Assembly: GCA_965247095.1 (NCBI GenBank)
Contig: OZ251997.1
Span: forward strand, 2,016,001 to 2,080,000
Reading direction: 5' to 3'
DNA: 64,000 nucleotides
Source: Candidatus Multivorans sp.
Lineage (GTDB): Bacteria; Acidobacteriota; Thermoanaerobaculia; Multivoradales; Multivoraceae
The position numbers and the translations under genes were made by a program. Shown piece by piece: positions 52,261 through 62,222 of this stretch; position 1 is the first letter of the stretch, and each line of letters starts with the position of its first letter. The notes beneath the pieces were generated by a model. The model was not told where the DNA came from. It did not search any database and was given only the letters and a program-made list of their open reading frames with translations.

Positions 52261-54497
52261 TGAACAACGTGATGAATGACGGTGAACTCACAATGACAAG
52301 CGCCCGGCGCCCAGCGCCCAGCTACACACCGAACTCGCCTGCCCGGCCAGGCACCCCCGCCGCACCCACGCGCCGGCCACCCCGGTTCTCAGCCCTCGCG
52401 AGGGCCGCCCTCGCCTGCGTGCTCGCCCTGGCCGCGCTCGCCACGCCGGCCCGCGCCCAGACCGCGGTCCCCGAGGACTGGAGCCTCAAGCCCACCGCCC
52501 TGACCACCGGCGACCAGTTCCGGCTGCTGTTCCTCTCCTCCACCATGCGCAAGGGCTCGTCCACCGCCATCGCGGACTACAACACCTTCATCCAGAACCT
52601 CGTCGCGGCCGGCCACGCCGACATCCAGGCCCACAGCACAGGCTTTAGGGCGGTCGGCTGCACCGAAGCCACCGACGCCCGCGACAATACCGGCACCACC
52701 TTCACCTCGACCGTCAGGGGCGTCCCCATCTACTGGCTCAACGGCGCCAAGGTCGCCGACGACTACGCGGATTTCTACGACCGCTCCTGGGACGATGAGA
52801 CCAACGAGAAGAACGAGTCCGGCGCCGACGGGCTCGATACCTCCCAGCGCGCCAACTTTCCCCTCACCGGCTGCGACCACGACGGCACCGAGTTCAACTC
52901 TCCCGGCGTCTACAAATACTCGCGTGCGCTCGGCGCGCCCAACGGTTTCAATCTCGGCCGGCCCAATACCTCCGGGAGCGGCCGCGGCCCCCTCAACGGC
53001 CACGTCATCCTGGCAACCTTCGGCACCCGCCCCATGTACGGGCTCTCGGAGGTCTTCCGTGTGGGCCCTGCCACCGTGCCCGGCGCCCCCACCGCCCTTT
53101 CGGCAGCAGCTAACGGGACCACCCGGATCGACCTCTCCTGGACCGCCCCTGCCAGCAACGGCGGCGCCGCCATCACCGGCTACAAGATCGAGGTTTCCTC
53201 CGATGGCGGCGGCAGTTGGACCGACCTCGTCCCCGACACCACCGACACCAACACCACCTACCCCCACACCGGCCTCTCCGTCGGCGACACCCGCCACTAC
53301 CGCGTCTCGGCCATCAACGCCACCGGCGCCGGCGTCGCCTCGGGCGTCGCCGACGGCACCGCCGGCCAGACGAAGGTATCGTTCGGGGCCTCCTGGTACA
53401 CAGCCGTGGAGGGCCGCGTCGGGGCGACGGTGACGGTGGCATTGAGCGCGGCGCCGTCGGCGACAGTGACGATCCCGCTGGTGGTGACGCTCCTGGGCGA
53501 CGCCACCGAGGCGGACCACTCCGTCATTCCGGCGAGCGTGACGTTCGGGGCAAACCAGACGACGACGACGTTCACCGTGACCGCGATGGCCGACACGGAC
53601 GCCGAAGGCGGCGAGACCGTGTCGATCGGGTTCGGGACGATGCCGACCTTGTTCGCGCCAGGCGCCCGCCCGACGACGAACGTGGCGCTGATCGACGGCG
53701 CCGTCCCGCCCCCGCCGGGTGACGGCGGCGGAGGAGGCGGCGGAGGTGGCGGAGGAACGCCGCCCCCGCCAGCAGAGCCGGAACCGGAACCGGAACCCGA
53801 ACCGGAGCCCGAGCCGGAGCCGGAACCCGAGCCCGAGCCGGAGCCCGAACCTGAGCCGTCGGGACCGCCGGAGGCCGCCTTCACCGTCGACGCGGAATGC
53901 CAGGACGGCCTGTGCCGGGCCCTGACCGGCGTCGCCGTGTCGTTCACGGATGCGAGCACCGGCGAGGTCCAGTCCCGGACCTGGGACTTCGGCGACGGCA
54001 CGGTGTCGCGGCGCACCGACGTCGCCCACTCCTGGCCTGAACCCGGCTTCTACGACGTCACCCTGACCGCGACCGCCGGCAGCGAGGAATCCACCGCGTC
54101 GAAGACCTTCCTCGTCGAGGCCGCCGAGCCGGCCGCGACCTGCGTGGCGGACGCGACGACCCGTTGCCTGCAGGACTTGCGCTACGCCGTCACCGTCGAC
54201 TGGCGGACCGCCGACGGCAGCGGCCAGGGCAGAGTGGTCCGCGCCGGCACGGACGACTCGGGGCTGTTCACCTTCTTCGACCCGAACAACTGGGAGGTTC
54301 TGATCAAGGTCCTCGACGGTTGCGCCCTGAACGAGCACGTCTGGGTCTTCGGCGCCTCGACCACGGACCAGGGCTACTTGATCCGGGTCACCGACACGGC
54401 GACCGGCACGGTGAAGGAGTACCGGAACGAACCCGGCATGCCGGCGCCGGCCATCACGGACACCAAGGCGTTCCCGGAGGGTTGTCGCCCGCAGTGA
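52257..54497 (+). CDS. modular surface protein: N-terminal domain, fibronectin III, Calx-beta-like, Gly/Pro-Glu linker, PKD, conserved C-terminal domain
   Basis: Signal peptide; PGAPT.L...IDLSWTAP..NGGAAITGYKIE (FN3); SFGAS.Y.AVEG (Calx-beta); WDFGDG (PKD); start may be 52272 or 52293. Confidence 0.85.
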   Translation: MMNNVMNDGELTMTSARRPAPSYTPNSPARPGTPAAPTRRPPRFSALARAALACVLALAALATPARAQTAVPEDWSLKPTALTTGDQFRLLFLSSTMRKGSSTAIADYNTFIQNLVAAGHADIQAHSTGFRAVGCTEATDARDNTGTTFTSTVRGVPIYWLNGAKVADDYADFYDRSWDDETNEKNESGADGLDTSQRANFPLTGCDHDGTEFNSPGVYKYSRALGAPNGFNLGRPNTSGSGRGPLNGHVILATFGTRPMYGLSEVFRVGPATVPGAPTALSAAANGTTRIDLSWTAPASNGGAAITGYKIEVSSDGGGSWTDLVPDTTDTNTTYPHTGLSVGDTRHYRVSAINATGAGVASGVADGTAGQTKVSFGASWYTAVEGRVGATVTVALSAAPSATVTIPLVVTLLGDATEADHSVIPASVTFGANQTTTTFTVTAMADTDAEGGETVSIGFGTMPTLFAPGARPTTNVALIDGAVPPPPGDGGGGGGGGGGGTPPPPAEPEPEPEPEPEPEPEPEPEPEPEPEPEPSGPPEAAFTVDAECQDGLCRALTGVAVSFTDASTGEVQSRTWDFGDGTVSRRTDVAHSWPEPGFYDVTLTATAGSEESTASKTFLVEAAEPAATCVADATTRCLQDLRYAVTVDWRTADGSGQGRVVRAGTDDSGLFTFFDPNNWEVLIKVLDGCALNEHVWVFGASTTDQGYLIRVTDTATGTVKEYRNEPGMPAPAITDTKAFPEGCRPQ
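53775..53858 (+). repeat. (Glu-Pro)n coding hexamer repeat
   Basis: GARCCN x14 linker. Confidence 0.85.
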
Positions 54498-55288
54498 CGG
54501 TTTGGCCGGGCAGCGCCTGGAAGTAGCCGCCTTGCTCCACCAACTGCACAGCGACCTCGAACAGCTCGGAGAGTGCCGCGCCGGTCAGCACCTCGCCCTT
54601 CGGTCCATCCGCAAACACCCGGCCGGCCTTGAGCAGCACGACTCTCTCGACCTCGGGCGGGATCTGATCGACGTGGTGGGTAACGATGATCAGCGTTGTC
54701 CCTTTCGCCGCCAGGCGGCGCAACCGCTCCATCAGGCCGAACGCGGCGCGCAGGTCGAGGCCGGTCGCCGGTTCGTCGAGAAGCAACGTGTGCGGCTCAT
54801 GGACGAGCGCGCGCGCCAGCAGCAAGCGCCGCTGCTCGCCGGAAGAAAGACTGTCGAACCGCCGCTCCAACAGTTCGCCGGCGCCCTGACTCTCCGCCGC
54901 GGCGATTGCCCGACGCCGCTGCGCGCCGGTCAAGCCCTGGCGCCGGTAGATGCCGACGCTGGCGAAGAATCCCGAGCAAACGACGTCCAGCCCCAACAGC
55001 CATCCGTGGTGGGTCGCCTGCAGCTCGTGCGAGACGACGCCGAGCTGGCGCCGGATCTCGAACACGTTCCATCGCTCAAGGCCCAGCAGCCGCATCCGGA
55101 CGCCGGGCCTCCGCAACGGAAAAGAACTCGCCGTTCAGCATTCGCAACAGCGTCGACTTGCAGGCCCCGTTCGGACCGAGTATGGCGACGTGCTGCCCCC
55201 GGGGAAGGGCAAGCGACACACCGTCGAGGGCGCGCCGGCCGCCACGCATGACCGTGACGTGCGCGAGTTCCAGCAGGGCTTCGTTCAT
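54454..55288 (-). pseudogene. ModF-like ABC ATP-binding protein, frameshifted near 55120 with altered Walker A
   Basis: GPNGACKS (Gly to Cys), extra T in TTCTTTTCCG; downstream LSSGEQRR, LLLDEP, VTHH. Confidence 0.8.
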
Positions 55289-55337
55289 GGCGCTCGGCCT
55301 GCAGCCGTTTCGGGGCTGCGGCTCGACGGGGAGTTCC

Positions 55338-56183
55338 CTACCGGCCCCGGAACCGCGGCCGCCGCTTCTCGAGGAACGCGCGGCGGCCCTCGACGTAGTC
55401 CTCGGAGCGGAAGCACTCCTCGACGAGCTCCTTCGCCCGGTCGAGATCGCGGCGCTCCGGGTCTTTCGTGGCCTGGCGGATCGCGAACTTGGCGGCGCGC
55501 AGGGTCAGCGGAGCGTTCTCGGCCATTCTTCCTGCGAGATCGCGGACGGTGCTGTCCAGCTCTTCGGCCGTCGTCACCCGGTCGATCAGGCCCATGTGCA
55601 GCGCTTCGGCGGCGTTGAAGCGGCGCGCGGTGAGCAGGATCTCGCTGGTGCGGGACGGGCCCACCAGGTCGACCAGCACCTTGATCCCGGCAAACCCGTA
55701 GCCGACGCCCAACCGGCCGGCGGGTATCCCGAAGGTCGAATCCTCCGAGGCGATGCGCAGGTCGGCGTTGAGCGCGGTGGCCAAGCCTCCTCCCAGGCAG
55801 TAGCCGCGGATCATGGCGATGAGCGGCTTCTCGAGCGCGGCGAAGGCCCGCCCCGTCTCGCGGCCGGCGCGGTCGTAGCGCTCACGGGCTTCGACGGTCG
55901 TGCGCAGCTTCTCGAACTCGGAAATGTCGGCGCCGGAAACGAACGCCCGGTCGCCCGCGCCGCGCAGCACGACGACCCGGACCGCGTCATCCTCCTGGAA
56001 GCGGCGCAGGACCGCCGCAGAGGCTTCCTGCATCTCCAGCGACAGGGCGTTACGCCGCTGCGGGTTGTTGTAGGTCAACCAGCCGACACCGCCCTCGATC
56101 TCGGCCACGATCTTCGTCGTCGGCAGGTCGATGACCGTCGGTTCGGAAGAGGCTGTCGGCGCTCTCGCTTCTACGGTCATCAT
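55338..56183 (-). CDS. enoyl-CoA hydratase/isomerase family protein
   Basis: [39 protein letters not shown]. Confidence 0.92.
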   Translation of the reverse strand: MMTVEARAPTASSEPTVIDLPTTKIVAEIEGGVGWLTYNNPQRRNALSLEMQEASAAVLRRFQEDDAVRVVVLRGAGDRAFVSGADISEFEKLRTTVEARERYDRAGRETGRAFAALEKPLIAMIRGYCLGGGLATALNADLRIASEDSTFGIPAGRLGVGYGFAGIKVLVDLVGPSRTSEILLTARRFNAAEALHMGLIDRVTTAEELDSTVRDLAGRMAENAPLTLRAAKFAIRQATKDPERRDLDRAKELVEECFRSEDYVEGRRAFLEKRRPRFRGR

Positions 56184-56222
56184 GTTGCTCCTGCTGATCC
56201 ACGGGTCCGACGATCGTCGGAT

Positions 56223-56353
56223 GCGGGCGAGACGCCCGCGTTCCCAGGGCGGGCAGGATGCCCGCGTTCCCAGGGCGGGCAGGATGCCCGCGTTCCCAGG
56301 GCGGGCAGGATGCCCGCGTTCCCAGGGGCGGGCGAGACGCCCGCGTTCCCAGG
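56223..56353 (-). repeat. tandem array of five 26-bp family-A REP-like units
   Basis: GCGGGC(GAGAC/AGGAT)GCCCGCGTTCCCAGG at 56223, 56249, 56275, 56301, 56328. Confidence 0.92.
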
Positions 56354-56370
56354 AAGGAATCGTCCGGCGC

Positions 56371-57549
56371 TCACACTACGACCCCGCCTGCCCGCAGCGC
56401 CTCGATCTCGGAAGCTCCAAGCCCCGCCTCCGCGAGGATTTCGTCCGTGTGCTGCCCCGGCCCAGGCGCCGGACTGCGGAGTTCGAAGGGCGTCCGACGG
56501 AGCCGGACCGGTTGGCCGACAAGACGAACGTCTCCGAGTTCGGGGTGCTCCAGAGGCACCGCGATCCCGGAGTGTTCGACTTGGGGATCGCTGAAGGTCT
56601 GGCCCAGGTCGTAGACCGGCCCGCAGGGGAGACCCGCATCGTTCAGTCGCTCGACAAGCTCATCCACCTTGAAGCGCCGCGTCAGGTCCGCGACCTCGCC
56701 TTCGAGCTGCTCCCGGTTGGCGACGCGACTGGCCGAGTTCCGGTACTCCGGACGCTCGAGAAGCTCCTCGCCGCCGAGGGTCCGGCACATGGCCCGGAAG
56801 TGCTTGCCGCTCGTCGCCGCGATGTTCACCCAGCCGTCGGCAGCCGGGAAGGCACCCATCGGCGAAATCGTCGGGTGGTGGTTGCCCTGCTGGCCCGGAA
56901 CCTCACCCTCGACCAGGTAGCGGGCGGCCTGGAAGTCGAGCATCCCGATCATCGCCTTGAGCAAGGAGGTGGTCACCCACTGTCCCTCGCCCGACCGCTC
57001 CCGCTCGCGGAGGGCCGCCAGGATGCCGAAGGCGAGATAGAGGCCGGCTGCCAGGTCCGAGATCGCCGTGCCGACGCGAACCGGGCCCTGGCCCGGCAGG
57101 CCGGTCACCGACATCAACCCGCCCAGACCCTGGGCGATCTGATCCACACCGCCGCGATCGCGATACGGGCCCGTCTGCCCGAACCCGGACACACTGCCGT
57201 AGACGATTCGCGGGTTGATCGCCCGCACCGTCTCGTAGTCGAAGCCGAGCCGGTGTTTCACGCCGGCGCGATAGTTCTCCACCAGCACGTCGGCGCCCTT
57301 GGCCAGTCGCAATAGAACCTCCAGGCCCGCCTCGCTCTTGAGGTCGAGCGTCAGGCAGCGCTTGTTGCGGTGCAGGTTCTGGTAGTCGTGGCCGAGGCGG
57401 CGCGAGATCCCGATCTCGCGGCCGGGCGCCGGCGGGCGCTCGATGCGCACCACGTCGGCGCCCCAATCGGCAAGTTGACGCACGGCGGTCGGCCCGGCGC
57501 GGGCGATCGTCAGGTCGATGACCCGCAGGTCGGCGAGCGGAAGGGACAT
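56371..57549 (-). CDS. CaiB/BaiF class III CoA-transferase
   Basis: RVIDL...AGP, LADWGADVVRIE, RNKR, ADVLVENYR.G, SGFGQTGPY. Confidence 0.93.
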   Translation of the reverse strand: MSLPLADLRVIDLTIARAGPTAVRQLADWGADVVRIERPPAPGREIGISRRLGHDYQNLHRNKRCLTLDLKSEAGLEVLLRLAKGADVLVENYRAGVKHRLGFDYETVRAINPRIVYGSVSGFGQTGPYRDRGGVDQIAQGLGGLMSVTGLPGQGPVRVGTAISDLAAGLYLAFGILAALRERERSGEGQWVTTSLLKAMIGMLDFQAARYLVEGEVPGQQGNHHPTISPMGAFPAADGWVNIAATSGKHFRAMCRTLGGEELLERPEYRNSASRVANREQLEGEVADLTRRFKVDELVERLNDAGLPCGPVYDLGQTFSDPQVEHSGIAVPLEHPELGDVRLVGQPVRLRRTPFELRSPAPGPGQHTDEILAEAGLGASEIEALRAGGVVV

Positions 57550-57556
57550 GGAACTG

Positions 57557-58288
57557 CTAAACCTCGGGCACCGCCCCCGCAGGCGTCGGCTCGCGAGGCG
57601 TTTCGAGACCATCGAAGATCCAGGCAAGCGCGCGCTCGACCTCCCGCTTCGCTCCTTCGTCGACCACGTCACCGTGAGACGGGATCAAGCGGTCGAACGG
57701 GTACTGCAACAGGCGCAGGCAACTCGCCGCGCAGGCCGCGCGATCGCGAATCGCGAACCGGAACATGCGGCTCATGGCGACGCGGCGATGGACTCCAGTG
57801 AGCCGGTAGTAGAGCGACGGAATCAGCCCCTGGCGCTGCCGCAGGTTGAACAGCAGGTCGGCCACCAGCAACGACCCGCTCGGACGGTGGCAGAAGACGA
57901 CTTCGTTGAAGGCCGGCATGCCGGCGATTGGAATCGGTTGCAACTCGCCTCCCCAGGGCGACGCGAAACCCAGGGTTCCGGTGAACGTCACGTCCTTTCG
58001 CTTCTCCGGCAGGCCAGGGACACCCAGGACATCCGCTTCGGGGAAGCGCGCGGCCGCCGCCGGCAGGTGAAGATGGTGAAAGCGGTTCGGCGCGACCAGG
58101 TATTGCACCGGCCCGAGCACCTCGAGTTCCTCCGCTGTCCGGTCGTCGATCGGCCCGGGCGAGTACAACCACAGACCGCCGTCGCCCAGACGCACGACCG
58201 TCATCCGGGCAGGCGAAGTGAAGCCGATGGCGATCCTCTGCACGTGGTCGACGACCCAGACGTCGGGGCCAACCTGGTGTAGCGCCAT
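57557..58288 (-). CDS. DUF4336 family protein (MBL-like)
   Basis: RMTVVRL.DGGLWLYSP, VAPNRFHHL, EVVFCHRPS.SLLVADL, IPSHG. Confidence 0.8.
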   Translation of the reverse strand: MALHQVGPDVWVVDHVQRIAIGFTSPARMTVVRLGDGGLWLYSPGPIDDRTAEELEVLGPVQYLVAPNRFHHLHLPAAAARFPEADVLGVPGLPEKRKDVTFTGTLGFASPWGGELQPIPIAGMPAFNEVVFCHRPSGSLLVADLLFNLRQRQGLIPSLYYRLTGVHRRVAMSRMFRFAIRDRAACAASCLRLLQYPFDRLIPSHGDVVDEGAKREVERALAWIFDGLETPREPTPAGAVPEV

Positions 58289-58357
58289 GGGCCAAGTATA
58301 GGTCCGCCCCAAACCCCCAGCGGCTCAGGCGCCTGCCACAGCGTACAATCCCCGGCC

Positions 58358-59338
58358 ATGCTTTCGATGCCCATCCGACCCCGCCGCAACCGGCGGTCCG
58401 CCGCGATCCGCGACCTGGTCCGCGAGACCGACCTCGGCCCCGGCCGGCTGATCTACCCGCTCTTCGTCATGGAGGGCAGAGACACCGCCGAACCGATCCC
58501 CTCCATGCCGGGTCAGGCCAGGCTCACCATCGACCGTCTGGTCGCGGAGTGTCGCGCCGCGCATGCCCTCGGCGTACCCGCGGTGGCCCTGTTCCCTGCC
58601 GTCGAGGACGGGCTGAAGGACCGCAGCGCCAGCGGCGCGACGGACCCCGACGGCCTCGTCCAGCGCACCGTCCGCGAGCTGAAGTCCGCCCTGCCCGACA
58701 TGCTCGTGATCACGGACGTGGCGATGGACCCCTACTCCAGCGACGGCCACGACGGTCTGGTCGAGGACGGCGAAATCCTCAACGATCCGACCCTCGAGAT
58801 CCTCGCCGCGACCGCGGTGTCGCAGGCCGACGCCGGCGCCGATGTGATCGCGCCCTCGGACATGATGGATGGCCGCGTAGGGGCGATCCGCACCGCGCTC
58901 GATGCCGCCGGCCACGACCAGGTCGGCATCCTGAGTTACACCTCGAAGTACGCCTCGAACTTCTACGGCCCGTTCCGCGACGCCCTGGACTCGGCGCCCC
59001 GCGCCGGCGACAAGAAGACGTACCAGATGGATCCGGCGAACGTCCGCGAGGCGGTGCGTGAGGCGCGCCTCGATGTCGAAGAGGGCGCCGACGTCGTCAT
59101 GGTCAAGCCGGCACTCGCGTACCTGGACGTGATCCGCGCCCTCCGCGAGGCGGTCGATCTGCCGGTCGCGGCCTACCAGGTCAGCGGCGAGTACGCGATG
59201 ATCCAAGCCGTGAGCGCAAACGGCTGGATGGACGGCGACGCGCTGATGATGGAGACCCTGACCTCGATCCGGCGCGCCGGCGCCGACATGATCCTGACCT
59301 ACTTCGCCCGCCGCTGCGCCGAAGTCCTGAATTCGTGA
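58358..59338 (+). CDS. hemB: porphobilinogen synthase, Asp-rich (zinc-independent) type
   Basis: RPRRNR, DVAMDPYSSDGHDG, APSDMMDGRV, FYGPFRDA, YQMD, MVKP, YQVSGEY. Confidence 0.97.
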   Translation: MLSMPIRPRRNRRSAAIRDLVRETDLGPGRLIYPLFVMEGRDTAEPIPSMPGQARLTIDRLVAECRAAHALGVPAVALFPAVEDGLKDRSASGATDPDGLVQRTVRELKSALPDMLVITDVAMDPYSSDGHDGLVEDGEILNDPTLEILAATAVSQADAGADVIAPSDMMDGRVGAIRTALDAAGHDQVGILSYTSKYASNFYGPFRDALDSAPRAGDKKTYQMDPANVREAVREARLDVEEGADVVMVKPALAYLDVIRALREAVDLPVAAYQVSGEYAMIQAVSANGWMDGDALMMETLTSIRRAGADMILTYFARRCAEVLNS

Positions 59339-59385
59339 TGTGTCGGCCGCGATGACGACGGCTCGCTGAGAGCCCGACAGCCGGC

Positions 59386-60111
59386 TCAGGGACCGGCGGC
59401 GCGGAACAGAAACAGGTGCTGGGTCGGCAGCGAGTCGACCCGTTCGACGAGTTCGTAGCCCGCGGGCAGCCACTCCTTCATCACCTGGTCGATCGACATG
59501 CGGTGCTCGAGCTTGATGTGCCGCGCCGAACGACCCTCCAGCCGGAACTCCGCCAGGGCGATCACACCGTCGGGCGCGAGCGCCCCCCGCATGGACTGGA
59601 GCATCGCCTCGGGCGCCGAGAACTCGTGGTACACGTCGACGAGGAGCATCAGATCGACCTCGGCTTCAGGCAACCGCGCATCGCTCTGGGTCCCGAGCAC
59701 CGTGGTCATGTTCGTGACTTCGGCATCCGCTGCGAACCCCGCGGCGATGCGGAGCATCTGAGGCTGAATGTCGTTGCACAGCACGCTGCCCTCCGGCCCC
59801 ACGGCGGCCGCCAGACGTCGCGCGTAGTAACCCGAGCCGCAACCGATGTCGACGACCAGCATGCCGGTCTCGATCGGCAGCGCCGCCATCAGCTCGTCGG
59901 GGTGCTCCTCCTCGATACGCGTAGCCCGCTCCAGCCAGGGAGCGCCGCGGTAGGACATCACCTCGGCGATCTCCCGGCCCTTGAAGACGCCGGGTTCTTC
60001 CGGCGCCTGCGCCACGGCGGCCGCCAACGGCGCCAGGGCAACAAGCGCCAGGGCAGCCGCAACGACGCCCTGCCGCTTGGGCGCTACGGTTCGAGCCAGC
60101 GTGCGAGCCAT
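59386..60111 (-). CDS. class I SAM-dependent methyltransferase with N-terminal signal-like peptide
   Basis: GREIA.VM...GA.WLER, DIGCGSG, DIQPQML, VDVYHEF, LPTQH. Confidence 0.85.
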   Translation of the reverse strand: MARTLARTVAPKRQGVVAAALALVALAPLAAAVAQAPEEPGVFKGREIAEVMSYRGAPWLERATRIEEEHPDELMAALPIETGMLVVDIGCGSGYYARRLAAAVGPEGSVLCNDIQPQMLRIAAGFAADAEVTNMTTVLGTQSDARLPEAEVDLMLLVDVYHEFSAPEAMLQSMRGALAPDGVIALAEFRLEGRSARHIKLEHRMSIDQVMKEWLPAGYELVERVDSLPTQHLFLFRAAGP

Positions 60112-62153
60112 CCCAGCACCTCCTCGTGCCACTGAATGCCGTTCGCCGGACTGAGCACCCAGTGGTTCTCGTCAGGGAAGTAGAGCAGGCGGGCCGGCAC
60201 GCCGCGTCGCTTGAGCGCCGTGAATGCCGCAAGCCCCTGGGTTTCGGGGACGCGGAAGTCGAGCGCGCCGTGGACCACCAGCATCGGGGTCTGCCAGCGA
60301 TCGACCAGGAGCGCCGGATTGTGACTCTCGAAGCCGTCCGGGTTCTCGAAATAGCTGCCCCGGTGGTCCCACTCGACGAACCACAACTCCTCGGTCGTGT
60401 AGTACATCGAGCGCAGATCGAAGACTCCGTCGTGGTTCACCAGGCAGCGGAAGCGATCCGGCCAGGCGCCCGCGATCCAGTTCACCATGTAGCCGCCGTA
60501 GGAGGCACCGAGCGCGCACACCCGATCGCCGTCGAGGAAGGGGTAGCGGTCGAGCGCCGCGGCCAGTCCCTTCTGCAGATCCTCGAGCGGCTTACCGCCC
60601 CAGTCGCCCCCGATCGAGTCGGTGAAGTCCTGTCCGTACCCGACCGAGCCGTGGAAGTCGATCATTACCGAGGCGTAACCGGCGCCGGCATAGGCCTGGG
60701 GGTTCCAGCGATAGTGGAAACTGTTGCCAAAGGATCCCTGCGGGCCGCCGTGGATCAGGAAGGCGACCGGGTAGCGGCGTTCGGGGTCGAAATCGACCGG
60801 CCGCACGAGGTAGCCGTGCACCGTCTCGTCGTTCCAGCCGGAGAACGTGAACTGCTCGTAGTCCCCCACCCGCGCCGCGGCCCGCTGCTCGGCGTTGAAG
60901 GCCGTCAGCGCCTTCCGGTCGCCGCCGGCGAGATCGCTGACGAACAGCTCCGACGGACCGGCCAGGTCGTTGTGGAGCGTGACCAGCCGATCCGTCGCCA
61001 CCGCCAGTCCCGCCACTGATCCCTCACGGTGCACACGCGTCACCGAGCCGTCCGACACATTCACCGCGAACAAGCTCCGCTGCCCGAGGTCTGCCGCCGT
61101 GGCGTAGAGAGTGTCGCCGTCAGCGGAGAAGGCAAGGCCGGACACGGAGCGATCCCAATCGCCGGTCAAGCTCCGCTCGTTCGCCAAACGGGAACCCTCC
61201 ATCCGTGCCAGCCGGATCCGGAATCGATCGGCCTCGTAGCCGGGCCGCTCCATGGCCAGCCAGGCCAGCGTGCCGCCGTCCGGCGACAGCACCGGGTGGC
61301 TGTCCCAGGCCGGGTTGGCGGCGGTCAGGTTGACGGGCGGCGAACTGCCGTCCGCGGGCGCCAGGTACAGATCGAAGTTCGTCGACCAGGCCTCCGGCGT
61401 ACCGCCGACGCGCGAAGCGAAGATCACCGCGCCGCCGCCGTCCGCAAAGGCGATCTCCTCAGCGCCGCCGAAGGGCTTGGGAGGCGCGTCCTGATCGAGT
61501 CCCCGCATCAGGTCGACCGCCTGCCCCGAGACCGAGCGTGCGTCGTCGAGTTCCAGGACGAACACGTGCGACCGCCGGCCGTCCTTCCAGACATCCCAGT
61601 GGCGAACGAAGAGATCGTCATACGCGACCCCCGACGTGAGCTGCGATGATCGGTCCTCGAGTCGTTTCGCGGTGCAGTCGAGCGTCTCGCACGAAGCGAA
61701 GACGTCCATCGTCAGCGCGATCCGGCGACCGTCGGGCGACACGACCAGGTTGCCGACATCAAGCGGCAGGTCGGTCACCTGGTGCGGTTCGCCTCCGGCA
61801 AGGGGCAGGCGCCAGACCTGAGAACTCCCCGAACGCGTGGACAGGAAGAAGAGATCCCGGCCATCCGGCGCCCAGCGCGGATGAAAGTCCGCCGCCTCGT
61901 GCGTGGTCAGCCGGCGTGGCGCGCCGCCGTCCACCGGCGCCGACCAGAGATCCGTTCGTCCCCGGTTCGCGGCAAGGTCCGTCACGCGCACGGTAAAGGC
62001 AACGGCCGACCCGTCCGGCGCTATCTGCGGGTCGGAAAGCCGCTCCATCGCCAGCATGTCGTGGATCGAGAACGGGTGCGTCTCCTGCGCCTGCAGAACC
62101 GCCCACGGCGAGACGATCAGAGCAGCGAGAGCGGCGATCCCGAAACGGCGCAT
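60084..62153 (-). CDS. secreted S9 family peptidase (acylaminoacyl/dipeptidyl peptidase)
   Basis: Signal peptide, beta-propeller repeats, IHGGPQG, GASYGG, DFRV, FPDENHW. Confidence 0.93.
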   Translation of the reverse strand: MRRFGIAALAALIVSPWAVLQAQETHPFSIHDMLAMERLSDPQIAPDGSAVAFTVRVTDLAANRGRTDLWSAPVDGGAPRRLTTHEAADFHPRWAPDGRDLFFLSTRSGSSQVWRLPLAGGEPHQVTDLPLDVGNLVVSPDGRRIALTMDVFASCETLDCTAKRLEDRSSQLTSGVAYDDLFVRHWDVWKDGRRSHVFVLELDDARSVSGQAVDLMRGLDQDAPPKPFGGAEEIAFADGGGAVIFASRVGGTPEAWSTNFDLYLAPADGSSPPVNLTAANPAWDSHPVLSPDGGTLAWLAMERPGYEADRFRIRLARMEGSRLANERSLTGDWDRSVSGLAFSADGDTLYATAADLGQRSLFAVNVSDGSVTRVHREGSVAGLAVATDRLVTLHNDLAGPSELFVSDLAGGDRKALTAFNAEQRAAARVGDYEQFTFSGWNDETVHGYLVRPVDFDPERRYPVAFLIHGGPQGSFGNSFHYRWNPQAYAGAGYASVMIDFHGSVGYGQDFTDSIGGDWGGKPLEDLQKGLAAALDRYPFLDGDRVCALGASYGGYMVNWIAGAWPDRFRCLVNHDGVFDLRSMYYTTEELWFVEWDHRGSYFENPDGFESHNPALLVDRWQTPMLVVHGALDFRVPETQGLAAFTALKRRGVPARLLYFPDENHWVLSPANGIQWHEEVLGWLARWLEP

Positions 62154-62222
62154 GGCTGCGGCGCAGGCTATCGCAAGGTGTCGGGTGGTAGACTGCGGCT
62201 TCCAAGAACTCCAGGATCCACG

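Noticed and set aside
56223-56353. CRISPR array
   Set aside because: 26-bp palindromic units are contiguous with no unique spacers and no cas genes; the same unit is dispersed as a REP-like element
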